Source of the DNA: a virus
Strand: one strand, 5' to 3'
DNA length: 64,000 nt
IMG/VR virus record: IMGVR_UViG_3300027728_000006
Coordinates: 1-64,000 of that record
Part shown: one piece after another, positions 18,729-26,542 of the stretch
How positions within the stretch are numbered: position 1 is the first letter of the stretch
Layout of the letters: each line of letters starts with the position of its first letter
Program-made: the position numbers and the translations under genes
Notes under the pieces: generated by a model
The model's input: the letters and a program-made list of their open reading frames with translations, nothing else
Told to the model about the DNA's origin: nothing
Databases searched by the model: none

Positions 18729-19803
18729 ATTTTTGATTTATTAGTTTGGTCCATTGTTCTTTGTTGATTATTTTACCATCTAAAACGGAAAATACAAATG
18801 AAGAATTTTCCTTAAAGTTTCTTTTGATCATTATTGCTTGGTCTTTTCTTGTTTCCACTTTTCTTATATCATGCACTACTTCTAGGATATGGTCAATATA
18901 TTTTTTTGCTTTTTCTCCTGCTTCACAAATTTTTTCTAGTTCGTCCTTTAATTGAACCGCTATCTCATAATCAAATTCAGTTTCAATTATTTTGTAAAAA
19001 ACATTATAACAAGGCATCTCTTTTTCGATATAAAATTCTATTAAATTTTTAGTAGAACTGAGTTGCGACTTAACTCGATGACAAAATAAATACCAATCCG
19101 ACTTCAACTTGATTCTATTCTGTCCATTATTGTAAGAAATCACAATGCCTTCTTCGCCTTTCCAATTCTTAATGTATTCGGATATTTTAGATAGATCCCC
19201 GATGTCATTAAACACATAAGTTTTTGGAGTGGGTATGTTCCCTATCTCTCTCCAGATCTCTGTTAAATCTCCAGAAGAAACAATAGTCATGTCGTTTTTG
19301 TTTATCGCCCCGAGTAGATAAAATTCTACATCTTTTGGTCTAATGACTATTACATTATTGGGAGTAACAATTTCAAACAACAAGCTGAGATGTTGGTTTT
19401 CTTTTAAGAAATCTGCTGCCTTTGGATATTTTTGAGGAAGCAATTCGAAATCTTTTGCGTTTTTCTGAGTTGAATAAGAAACCGCTCCTCTGGTTCTCAT
19501 TGAGAATTGGCTATTTACATGGTCACAAATAATCAAAGAGCCGTCTTTTTTCTCATCGCATTTCCAATCGCTAAAATTTTCTGGATTAGGATAGCAGTTT
19601 ATTTTTTCACCATGATTGAAAAACTTAGGCCAACCTGAAGACAACACGTTTCTATCTTTATCAGTAATGAGAGAACGATAGAATAAATTGTTACTATTCC
19701 ACTTCGCGTCAATTTTTGGAGTTATCAAATAACAATCTAAATCACAAAATTTATTTTCAACGATATTGAAATATTCCTCTTCTGCTGGAAGACTTACCTT
19801 CAT
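18718..19803 (-). CDS. RNA ligase, T4 Rnl1-like
   Basis: PKFFNHGE, motif I EKKDGS, FEI, EEGIV, KLKSDWY. Confidence 0.85.
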   Translation of the reverse strand: MKVSLPAEEEYFNIVENKFCDLDCYLITPKIDAKWNSNNLFYRSLITDKDRNVLSSGWPKFFNHGEKINCYPNPENFSDWKCDEKKDGSLIICDHVNSQFSMRTRGAVSYSTQKNAKDFELLPQKYPKAADFLKENQHLSLLFEIVTPNNVIVIRPKDVEFYLLGAINKNDMTIVSSGDLTEIWREIGNIPTPKTYVFNDIGDLSKISEYIKNWKGEEGIVISYNNGQNRIKLKSDWYLFCHRVKSQLSSTKNLIEFYIEKEMPCYNVFYKIIETEFDYEIAVQLKDELEKICEAGEKAKKYIDHILEVVHDIRKVETRKDQAIMIKRNFKENSSFVFSVLDGKIINKEQWTKLINQKYES

Positions 19804-19809
19804 ATTATA

Positions 19810-20520
19810 TTATGATTCTATATTGCTCCAAATTTCGTTAATGTCTAAAAGTTTATGCACGCAACCATTAACTCTTTCGGTCCAAGAACTATGAAAATGT
19901 CCATAAAGATGGAGTTTCGGCTTGCAGAGTTTACAAATTTCATCCATAATTGCCCTTTCCTCTGTAAGATCCTCTATTAGATAAGCATCTTCTCTTGCCC
20001 AACCATAAACCATTTCGTTAAACTGCTGCGGAAAGCACCAGGTTGGAGCAGTATGGGTTACGAGAATATCTACTTCCTGGCATTTTTCCCTATCAAATTT
20101 AACCGCTTCATCTTCCCAATATGAAATGCCTTCTTTTCTGGCGGCTCTGTCAATAGAAACAGCGCCGCCAATAAATTGAATTTTTTTACCATTATATTCC
20201 ATGATGGTATAATCTTCTATCAATTCAAAATTACTTAAAGAAACTCTGTTGACACCTTTAAAATAATCAGGGCCGTCATGATTTCCGCGAATAGACATGA
20301 AGGAGATATTTCTATCTTTAAACTCCATATTAAACCATTTATTATTTTTTTCTTGAGTTTTATTATCGGTAAATCCAATGCCCGAATCCCCAACGCTAAT
20401 CAAATAACAATCACTTATTTTTTTAGCATCTATAATATCAAAAAGATAAGACCATTCGCCATGGTGATCTCCTAAGAATAAAATTGGCTTACTGCCATCC
20501 AGAGTCTTCATCGTTGTCAT
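19810..20520 (-). CDS. Calcineurin-like metallophosphoesterase
   Basis: GDHHG, VGDSG, RGNHD, GGAVSID, THTAP, GHFH. Confidence 0.9.
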   Translation of the reverse strand: MTTMKTLDGSKPILFLGDHHGEWSYLFDIIDAKKISDCYLISVGDSGIGFTDNKTQEKNNKWFNMEFKDRNISFMSIRGNHDGPDYFKGVNRVSLSNFELIEDYTIMEYNGKKIQFIGGAVSIDRAARKEGISYWEDEAVKFDREKCQEVDILVTHTAPTWCFPQQFNEMVYGWAREDAYLIEDLTEERAIMDEICKLCKPKLHLYGHFHSSWTERVNGCVHKLLDINEIWSNIES

Positions 20521-20779
20521 TATTATATAATCTATATTCTTTTATTTCTTTTGTCAATACTTCTTTCAGTTTAAACAATGCCTCATCATGAGAATTGCAT
20601 TCCTCTACGATATCACCTAAAATATATCCCCAATGTTGCACATTATATTTTGGGGATTGACCATAACTCCATTTTGTTTCGACGTACCAATGGAAATCCC
20701 TATCTTTGCAATGATCTTTTCCCGTTAGAGATCTCCATTCTTCTGTCAATTTTGTAATTTCTTCTACAATTTCTTTCAT
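20489..20779 (-). CDS. Hypothetical protein
   Basis: ORF track. Confidence 0.6.
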   Translation of the reverse strand: MKEIVEEITKLTEEWRSLTGKDHCKDRDFHWYVETKWSYGQSPKYNVQHWGYILGDIVEECNSHDEALFKLKEVLTKEIKEYRLYNNDNDEDSGWQ

Positions 20780-21417
20780 TCTGGTTCTGTCTTGTAAGGT
20801 TCTTCTATTATGACGAAATAAAATCCAGCAATTTTTTCAATTTTGCTTTTGCTTCCTTTAGGGAGCGGTTTGTTTTTAAATGATTTATCGGCAATTTCCC
20901 ATGCTTTTGTAAAATCTTTTGACTTTGCTGCTTTATCCATAGCTTCTTGATATCTTTGTGGAATTTTAAATTCCTTTCGCGGCTTCCAGTATCCATTAAC
21001 TGCATCAATAATTTTAGGAATCGGAACATCAGAATATTGCATTGGTCCATTACCAGAAACGTTCATAATGGTTCTATAGCCATCATTTTGCTGATAATGG
21101 AGATATTGTTCAATTACTTTTTTAATTTCCCAAGCGGCAGTTCCGTCTTTCATTTGCTCGCAACCGACTCCGTAATACGAATTCGGATTTGTGCAAATAT
21201 CTTCATTTCTAAATGCCAATGTCCTAACAACGCTTTCAATTACATGAGTGTCAATATAATTTAAGCAATCCTTGTCAATAAAGGCGGTGGACATAGCCAT
21301 TGCAATTTGACCAGATCGTAGGCGGCTATAAACTTCAAGCGCCGTTACTAGAGTGGCGAGATGTTTTTCATCAAACTCTATTAATACTTTTTTAGATTCT
21401 GTTTTTTTCTTTTTCAT
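20776..21417 (-). CDS. Hypothetical protein
   Basis: ALEVYSRLRSGQ motif. Confidence 0.65.
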   Translation of the reverse strand: MKKKKTESKKVLIEFDEKHLATLVTALEVYSRLRSGQIAMAMSTAFIDKDCLNYIDTHVIESVVRTLAFRNEDICTNPNSYYGVGCEQMKDGTAAWEIKKVIEQYLHYQQNDGYRTIMNVSGNGPMQYSDVPIPKIIDAVNGYWKPRKEFKIPQRYQEAMDKAAKSKDFTKAWEIADKSFKNKPLPKGSKSKIEKIAGFYFVIIEEPYKTEPE

Positions 21418-21419
21418 TT

Positions 21420-21767
21420 TTAATCTTTTGTTGAATATGAGAAGTTGAATCCTCCATACCTTGAATATTTTTCGTCTACTTGTCCGGATTCAAACCAAAC
21501 ATCTGCATATTTTTGCGCGGAATTATCAAATTCTTTCATTTCCACGTCGAAGCCAAGTTTTTCCAATTCCAATGCGCAATCAGAATCTAAATCCCAAGGT
21601 GGACCATCATAAAGATTAAATTCTGAAATATATTTCACAAATTCCTCTTCACTATTGCCTGTATATGGATTTTCCTCTAAATTTTTGAAGTCGTCGTCGT
21701 CTAGTTCTACCGCCTCACTTGCTAAGTACAGCGTCACGTTTTCTCTTTTTCGAATAGTATATTTCAT
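21420..21767 (-). CDS. Acidic hypothetical protein
   Basis: Start MKYTIR downstream of TTGACA-N17-CAATAT (21778-21806). Confidence 0.6.
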   Translation of the reverse strand: MKYTIRKRENVTLYLASEAVELDDDDFKNLEENPYTGNSEEEFVKYISEFNLYDGPPWDLDSDCALELEKLGFDVEMKEFDNSAQKYADVWFESGQVDEKYSRYGGFNFSYSTKD

Positions 21768-21821
21768 ATCAGTGAGCATATTGATTTATTTTTTAGTAAA
21801 TGTCAATATGATTTAAAAAAC

Positions 21822-22260
21822 TGGAGGCGAGAGGGGTCGAACCTCTGTCTTTATAATATCATCTAAAAGGTGCTACATGCTTTAATGAATTTGACATTTT
21901 TTGACTAAAGGCTGTCTTGGCTCATTCGCCATCTTTTAAAGTCTGCCTACACGAGCGCAAGGTCTCGTATTACCTCTGTATAAGTTTTTCTATGATCTCT
22001 AACAGTTCATCAAAACCTCTGCAATTCAAAACGGATTTAGAGGATTACCGTTAGGCTCTTAGGCGGCGAGAGCGTAGGACTCTTCTTCAAAGCCGGCGAG
22101 AAACTCGTCGGCATTGTTGAATATGTATTCAGCTTCGGCTAAAAGATCAGAAGTATTGTCTTCTGCATTTAGTTTTTTAATCGATTTTTAAAGAGGCCAT
22201 CGATTAACCTCTACATGCACTTTTAAATCTCAATTATAAATCGAGAACCTGTACACCCCC
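21822..22260 (-). ncRNA. ssrA: tmRNA (one-piece), tag AEDNTSDLLAEAEYIFNNADEFLAGFEEESYALAA
   Basis: 5' GGGGGUG pairs with 3' CGCCUCC-A including G3:U70 and an A discriminator; T-arm AGAGG-UUCGACC-CCUCU; PK1 (GAGG/CCUC and UUAAUCGAU/AUCGAUUAA); resume context UAAAU-GCA; tag ORF 22166..22059 ends YALAA-UAA; CCA not encoded. Confidence 0.95.
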
Positions 22261-22266
22261 ATAATT

Positions 22267-22276
22267 TCAAAGAACA
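22267..22276 (-). promoter_or_regulatory. BoxA-like element just upstream of the tmRNA
   Basis: TGTTCTTTGAAA on the minus strand resembles the rrn/tRNA-leader boxA. Confidence 0.45.
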
Positions 22277-22279
22277 ATT

Positions 22280-22361
22280 GCTAGAAAGTTTTTCATTGGC
22301 TACCGTGTTTTTAACACGCTGGACGAATTTTACTTTTAAACTCTGCCTAATCGAGTCTAGC
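22280..22361 (-). ncRNA. Candidate structured RNA (three-way junction) upstream of the tmRNA
   Basis: GCUAGA/UCUAGC closing stem, AUU-GGC/GCC-AAU stem, hairpins GAGUUU/AAAUUC and CGUGUU/AACACG. Confidence 0.5.
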
Positions 22362-22374
22362 ATAAATATATACA

Positions 22375-22560
22375 CTATATTAGTGATTTAAAGTCTTTAA
22401 TCAATTTATTAGCATCATCTTCAAGATCGCTTAGCCCGATCATAAGCTTCTTTGCCCTGCTTGTGTCTTCATGATAATGATCTAGCGTCCTATCCTTCAT
22501 TAGTTTTATTTGATCAATTATTTCAGAAACCTCAACCATTTGTGAATATGTGTCGTTCAT
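22375..22560 (-). CDS. Hypothetical protein
   Basis: TAATG overlap with the ligase gene. Confidence 0.55.
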   Translation of the reverse strand: MNDTYSQMVEVSEIIDQIKLMKDRTLDHYHEDTSRAKKLMIGLSDLEDDANKLIKDFKSLI

Positions 22561-23570
22561 TAATCTTTGTAGTTTCTATTAATTAATTTAAATCCAAGCG
22601 GGCGACGAGAAGAATATCCGCGAGGATAAGAGGACGGTCTTACCACTATTCCTTCTCCCTCTAATCCGCTTTGATATTTTTGTTTATCTGCCAGTTCTTG
22701 AAGTTTTTGCAATGGATTTACCCAAAGTTTTATATTGGAGTCAAGTCCTAATTTGCACACGAGCGGAACAACATCACAATGTAAAGAATTTTCGCAAAAA
22801 TCCTTCATCTCTTCATAAGTCATATACTTTTTATTTTCACTAATTTGAAATACAAAAATCTTAACATCTTCCAGTTTAAGCTGATTGCGCTGGATTCCAT
22901 TACCACAAAGTTCGCCCTGGATTGTTCCCGTCCAATTTTCTGGAATTGTAAGTTTTTTTGCCGCTTTCCAGAAGGTATTATTTTCAGTTTCTTTTTTGGA
23001 AAGATTTCTCGTACAAACTTGTGTAAGAGCGCCGTCTTCAATAATTAAAGTTACAGAGCTTCCATCCAGCTTTTGCGTGACTGTAATGTGAGAATCGTGA
23101 TTAAGAACCTTTTCTACTAGACTTGGATCATTCAGCCCATTATCTTCATCTGTTTTAGATATGATGTTTGTTGGAAAATCTCCCAATGTTTCTCCAGACA
23201 AATTAGCGGGAATTTCTTTTATATATTTTGTAACGCCGAGCAATTCCGTTAAATCATATCCTTCTTCATATTCTTTGAAATTATCCGGAAATTCGCTCAG
23301 GGGAATAATTAAACCGCTGGAAAATTCTCCACGGAGTTTAATGTTTTTGATTCTAATTACTTTGTCTGGATTTTTTTGATCAACCAAGAACTCGGACCAA
23401 TTATAACGTGGGACAATGGTATCGATAGTAATAAAAACTACTTTATCACCATCTTTGTGAATTCCTTTTTTAACAATGGTTTGCCAACCTAAAATCTCTG
23501 AAATTTGTAAAGAGTCGGCGTTGAGATGGTCTTTGATATTTTTTATGATTTCAATTGATGCTAATTTCAT
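22560..23570 (-). CDS. RNA ligase, DRB0094/Rnl2 family
   Basis: MKLASIE...NADSL...GWQ N-terminal domain, LRGEFSSG, KTDE, QKLDGSS, QGEL.G.GIQ.N, EGIVVR, FKLIN. Confidence 0.9.
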   Translation of the reverse strand: MKLASIEIIKNIKDHLNADSLQISEILGWQTIVKKGIHKDGDKVVFITIDTIVPRYNWSEFLVDQKNPDKVIRIKNIKLRGEFSSGLIIPLSEFPDNFKEYEEGYDLTELLGVTKYIKEIPANLSGETLGDFPTNIISKTDEDNGLNDPSLVEKVLNHDSHITVTQKLDGSSVTLIIEDGALTQVCTRNLSKKETENNTFWKAAKKLTIPENWTGTIQGELCGNGIQRNQLKLEDVKIFVFQISENKKYMTYEEMKDFCENSLHCDVVPLVCKLGLDSNIKLWVNPLQKLQELADKQKYQSGLEGEGIVVRPSSYPRGYSSRRPLGFKLINRNYKD

Positions 23571-23578
23571 ACTTTTGT

Positions 23579-23607
23579 ATAGTATGAGCTATTTTCAATT
23601 TAGTCAA
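23579..23607 (-). promoter_or_regulatory. Sigma70-like promoter
   Basis: TTGACT-N17-TACTAT-N8-ATG. Confidence 0.65.
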
Positions 23608-23615
23608 GAAGAATA

Positions 23616-24215
23616 TTAACTTCTTACCACGCTTTTTTCTGAATTGAATCCATTGGTCCAAACGGCTTGCCATGGGTATGGTGCATTTCCGGTTCCACTT
23701 GACAGTATACCATATCCGGTATTATTATATTCCCAATTCGAGCCGTTCCACAGTACGGTTTCATCTCCGTAAGTGTAAGCTGGTCTGCCGTTTGATAAAG
23801 ATGTTGGATTTAAAATTCTCCAAGATTGTCCGCCAACTGGAACTCCGCCAATATACCAACCATCCATTTTCACGCCAGCTTCATTATCTGGTAAATCAGC
23901 GAGAGGATCGGCTGGATTAAAATCTGGCAAATTTGTAATCAATTCCCAGCAATGGGCATATTGTTGTGAGTATGGCGAGGATCCAATTGCGCATGTTATA
24001 TTTTTAAATACATAAAGAGCGCGAGAATTCATATTGGTTTCAAAATTTCTGCCGAGTGTCACTACGGCATCATTCAGACTGTATTGTATTCCAGTAAAGT
24101 CGCCTCTAAAATTGTAATTTACAACTGGCTCTGGCGCGCTATAGTTTAAAACTTTAAGTTTACCATCAGCTTTAAGTTTACCATTAACCTTTAATATTAA
24201 ATTTTCTGTCGGCAT
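23616..24215 (-). CDS. Hypothetical Trp/Gly/Asn-rich protein, possibly virion-associated
   Basis: NGRPAY...WNGSNW...PW...W beta-rich motif. Confidence 0.55.
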   Translation of the reverse strand: MPTENLILKVNGKLKADGKLKVLNYSAPEPVVNYNFRGDFTGIQYSLNDAVVTLGRNFETNMNSRALYVFKNITCAIGSSPYSQQYAHCWELITNLPDFNPADPLADLPDNEAGVKMDGWYIGGVPVGGQSWRILNPTSLSNGRPAYTYGDETVLWNGSNWEYNNTGYGILSSGTGNAPYPWQAVWTNGFNSEKSVVRS

Positions 24216-24246
24216 GATATTTAATACACTTATTGTTTGATTTTAT

Positions 24247-24753
24247 TTAAGTATTTTTTGGCTTACACCATGAGTTGAAGTAATTTTGACCCCACCAAAC
24301 CAATATTTCCTCGCCCTCATCAATATCTTTTTCGGCTGTAAAAATTACTAAATCTAAATTTGGATATATTTTAAAAGAGGCGTTTTTTGTTTCGTCTGAA
24401 TCCGCTGAGTTATATACTGACCCATTGCCAAATAAGATCATTCCAGTATTACCATGAGTTTGGCAGTCTTTACATTGGCAATTATTCCAATAAGCAAACT
24501 TGATAATAGAAGAATCGTGAATGTATTTTCTTTTCCAGCTCATTGTTAGAGCATGACAATACTCTATTACTTCATTTTTTATAATTTTTTTATTCGCAAA
24601 TACGCCAAGTCCCTTCCCGAAAGATTCTCTTACACGTAAATGATCATTTGTAAATCCCTCTGCTCTTACTTTTATCCAATTTTCTTGGATACTTTTCAGA
24701 TCCGACTCGCTGTTATTTTTTTCGCTATTTTGATTGTCTTGATTTTTTTCCAT
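24247..24753 (-). CDS. SET-domain protein
   Basis: GKGLGVFANKKI..NEVIE, G.GSVYN, FTAEKDIDEGEEILVWWG. Confidence 0.8.
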   Translation of the reverse strand: MEKNQDNQNSEKNNSESDLKSIQENWIKVRAEGFTNDHLRVRESFGKGLGVFANKKIIKNEVIEYCHALTMSWKRKYIHDSSIIKFAYWNNCQCKDCQTHGNTGMILFGNGSVYNSADSDETKNASFKIYPNLDLVIFTAEKDIDEGEEILVWWGQNYFNSWCKPKNT

Positions 24754-24761
24754 ATTTCTTA

Positions 24762-25151
24762 TTATTCCCAACAAAAAATTACATTGTTAAATTTTTCTAG
24801 TCTTCTGATTAAATTGTGTTGTATTAGTTTTTCCCATATCCTGTATTTATTAGCTAATCCAGCGCCCAACTGAGATATATAAAATGTAATATTTGGCGAA
24901 TTTTTAATTATTTTTTCCAACTTGTCCAATTCTTCAAAAAATACAGAAGAATACTCCTCCGGTTTATAGAATGACCCATCACAGTTATCTGGAAATTTTT
25001 TTGTGATAAAACCTATTGCTCTTTTGTGAAATCTTAATTTTGCCGCTCCGCCAGTTCCTCGTCTTTCCAAGTTGTCTCCAAATACAAAATACGCGTTAGA
25101 ATTAGCATCTAAAAAAGATTCTGTTACAATCAATGAACTGTACGTTGCCAT
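24762..25151 (-). CDS. Macro-domain-like phage protein
   Basis: FVFGDN...GTGGAA and SQLGAGLA glycine-rich loops. Confidence 0.55.
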   Translation of the reverse strand: MATYSSLIVTESFLDANSNAYFVFGDNLERRGTGGAAKLRFHKRAIGFITKKFPDNCDGSFYKPEEYSSVFFEELDKLEKIIKNSPNITFYISQLGAGLANKYRIWEKLIQHNLIRRLEKFNNVIFCWE

Positions 25152-25168
25152 TTTTAGAATATCTTGAA

Positions 25169-25399
25169 TTAATCTTCTTCGCTTTCCCGAAAATTTTTAC
25201 TGCTTTTCTGCTGCCTCATCTTTTTTATTTGTTGTTTTTGGTCTTCAGACACAATCCCGAGTATGTCTTCGCGCCATGTTCTATTTGCCTCTTTATTTGA
25301 AATTGGAGGCTCGCCTTTTTTTGGCTTTTTCTTTAACGCTTCCCTTATCTCTGCCATCACAGGAGAAGATTTTAACGATAGCCATGTTGCAGTATTCAT
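25169..25399 (-). CDS. Basic hypothetical protein
   Basis: ORF track. Confidence 0.55.
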   Translation of the reverse strand: MNTATWLSLKSSPVMAEIREALKKKPKKGEPPISNKEANRTWREDILGIVSEDQKQQIKKMRQQKSSKNFRESEED

Positions 25400-25465
25400 A
25401 TTTTTATTTAATAGTTGTAATTTTTAATTTATTGTATGTTTTTAAAGATTGTCAAGTTTAATTAT

Positions 25466-26134
25466 TCAATAAAAGTAAACCCAGATTTTATCATTTGGTT
25501 TTTGAAGAATATTCAAGCCCCTATAAAACTCTCCACCAAGTCTAAGGTTTTTTATTAAATTTCCATAAGCTTCTGGGGTGTCTTCAATTTCTATTACATT
25601 CCCCTCTAGATAATTTGAGCTAAATTTGTCGTTTGATTCCGGTTGTTTTCCGGCTTCTTCGTATTCAGATCCTGTATTGTTAAAATGTTTAAGATTTATA
25701 TCATTTTTTGAAAATTCTTCCTTTTTTTTGTTATTTTTAAACTCTATCTGAAAATGTTCGAACATCACCTCCTGCTTTTCAAGCCCTGTTTTTAAAAAGT
25801 CTTTTTGGTTTTCAGTAATTTGATAAATAATTCGTCTGTAACTATCTAAGGATGAATCTTTATTCTCCGCGATAAATGTAGTAAACCTTCCTCTGCAGGA
25901 ACAATTCTGATTTTCAAGAGAGCTTACTACGTCTGCATAGATTTCATCTTGATTTTCATATTCTTCTACTACGCTCCTCCTAAATTCTTCTGAAAAATGT
26001 GAAAGATCTCCATAAAGATTTACCATCATACTTGGAGCAATCCTATTATTTTGTAAATTTTCTTCGCTTGAAAAGTAAGAATAAATATTTTCTATCGCTT
26101 TGAATTTTAATTCCTCTAGATTTAAGTTTTCCAT
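25466..26134 (-). CDS. Hypothetical protein
   Basis: NQNCSC motif; probable start MENLNL. Confidence 0.6.
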   Translation of the reverse strand: MENLNLEELKFKAIENIYSYFSSEENLQNNRIAPSMMVNLYGDLSHFSEEFRRSVVEEYENQDEIYADVVSSLENQNCSCRGRFTTFIAENKDSSLDSYRRIIYQITENQKDFLKTGLEKQEVMFEHFQIEFKNNKKKEEFSKNDINLKHFNNTGSEYEEAGKQPESNDKFSSNYLEGNVIEIEDTPEAYGNLIKNLRLGGEFYRGLNILQKPNDKIWVYFY

Positions 26135-26182
26135 GTTTTTTACGTTTTTTATTTTTTTATTTGACATCTGTATATATATTTT

Positions 26183-26485
26183 TTAAAGTATGTTATTTTT
26201 ATTTGCTATTTTTATAATTAAAAGAGTGCTTGCCCCCCCGCAAATTCCCGAAAGAATTAAACTTATCAATTTTCCATCATTTAATTGCAAAATAGCTGGG
26301 AAAAATACAAAATTGCACAATAATCCAATCCAAAAAGACGAGCACTCCATGCATAGCAACATTTTTCTAAAAAATTTTGGGGCTCTTTTTGCCACAAAAT
26401 TTCTAACTGGCATAAAAAGTTCTGAAAGGGACCATATTATACTTATCCCACAAGAAACAAAAAGGAAACATATTAAATTGTTCAT
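26183..26485 (-). CDS. DUF1360-like membrane protein
   Basis: Hydrophobic; LF.PVR and LLCMECSSFWIG. Confidence 0.6.
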   Translation of the reverse strand: MNNLICFLFVSCGISIIWSLSELFMPVRNFVAKRAPKFFRKMLLCMECSSFWIGLLCNFVFFPAILQLNDGKLISLILSGICGGASTLLIIKIANKNNIL

Positions 26486-26542
26486 ATTTTATTATATAGC
26501 AAGTTTTCTTTTTTTAAAAAAGTGTATATGTTTTATATAGAA

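Noticed and set aside
21822-21850. Stand-alone tRNA
   Set aside because: Only the T-arm and acceptor 3' strand are here; the partner strand is about 410 nt away with a tag ORF between, so this is the tmRNA 3' end.
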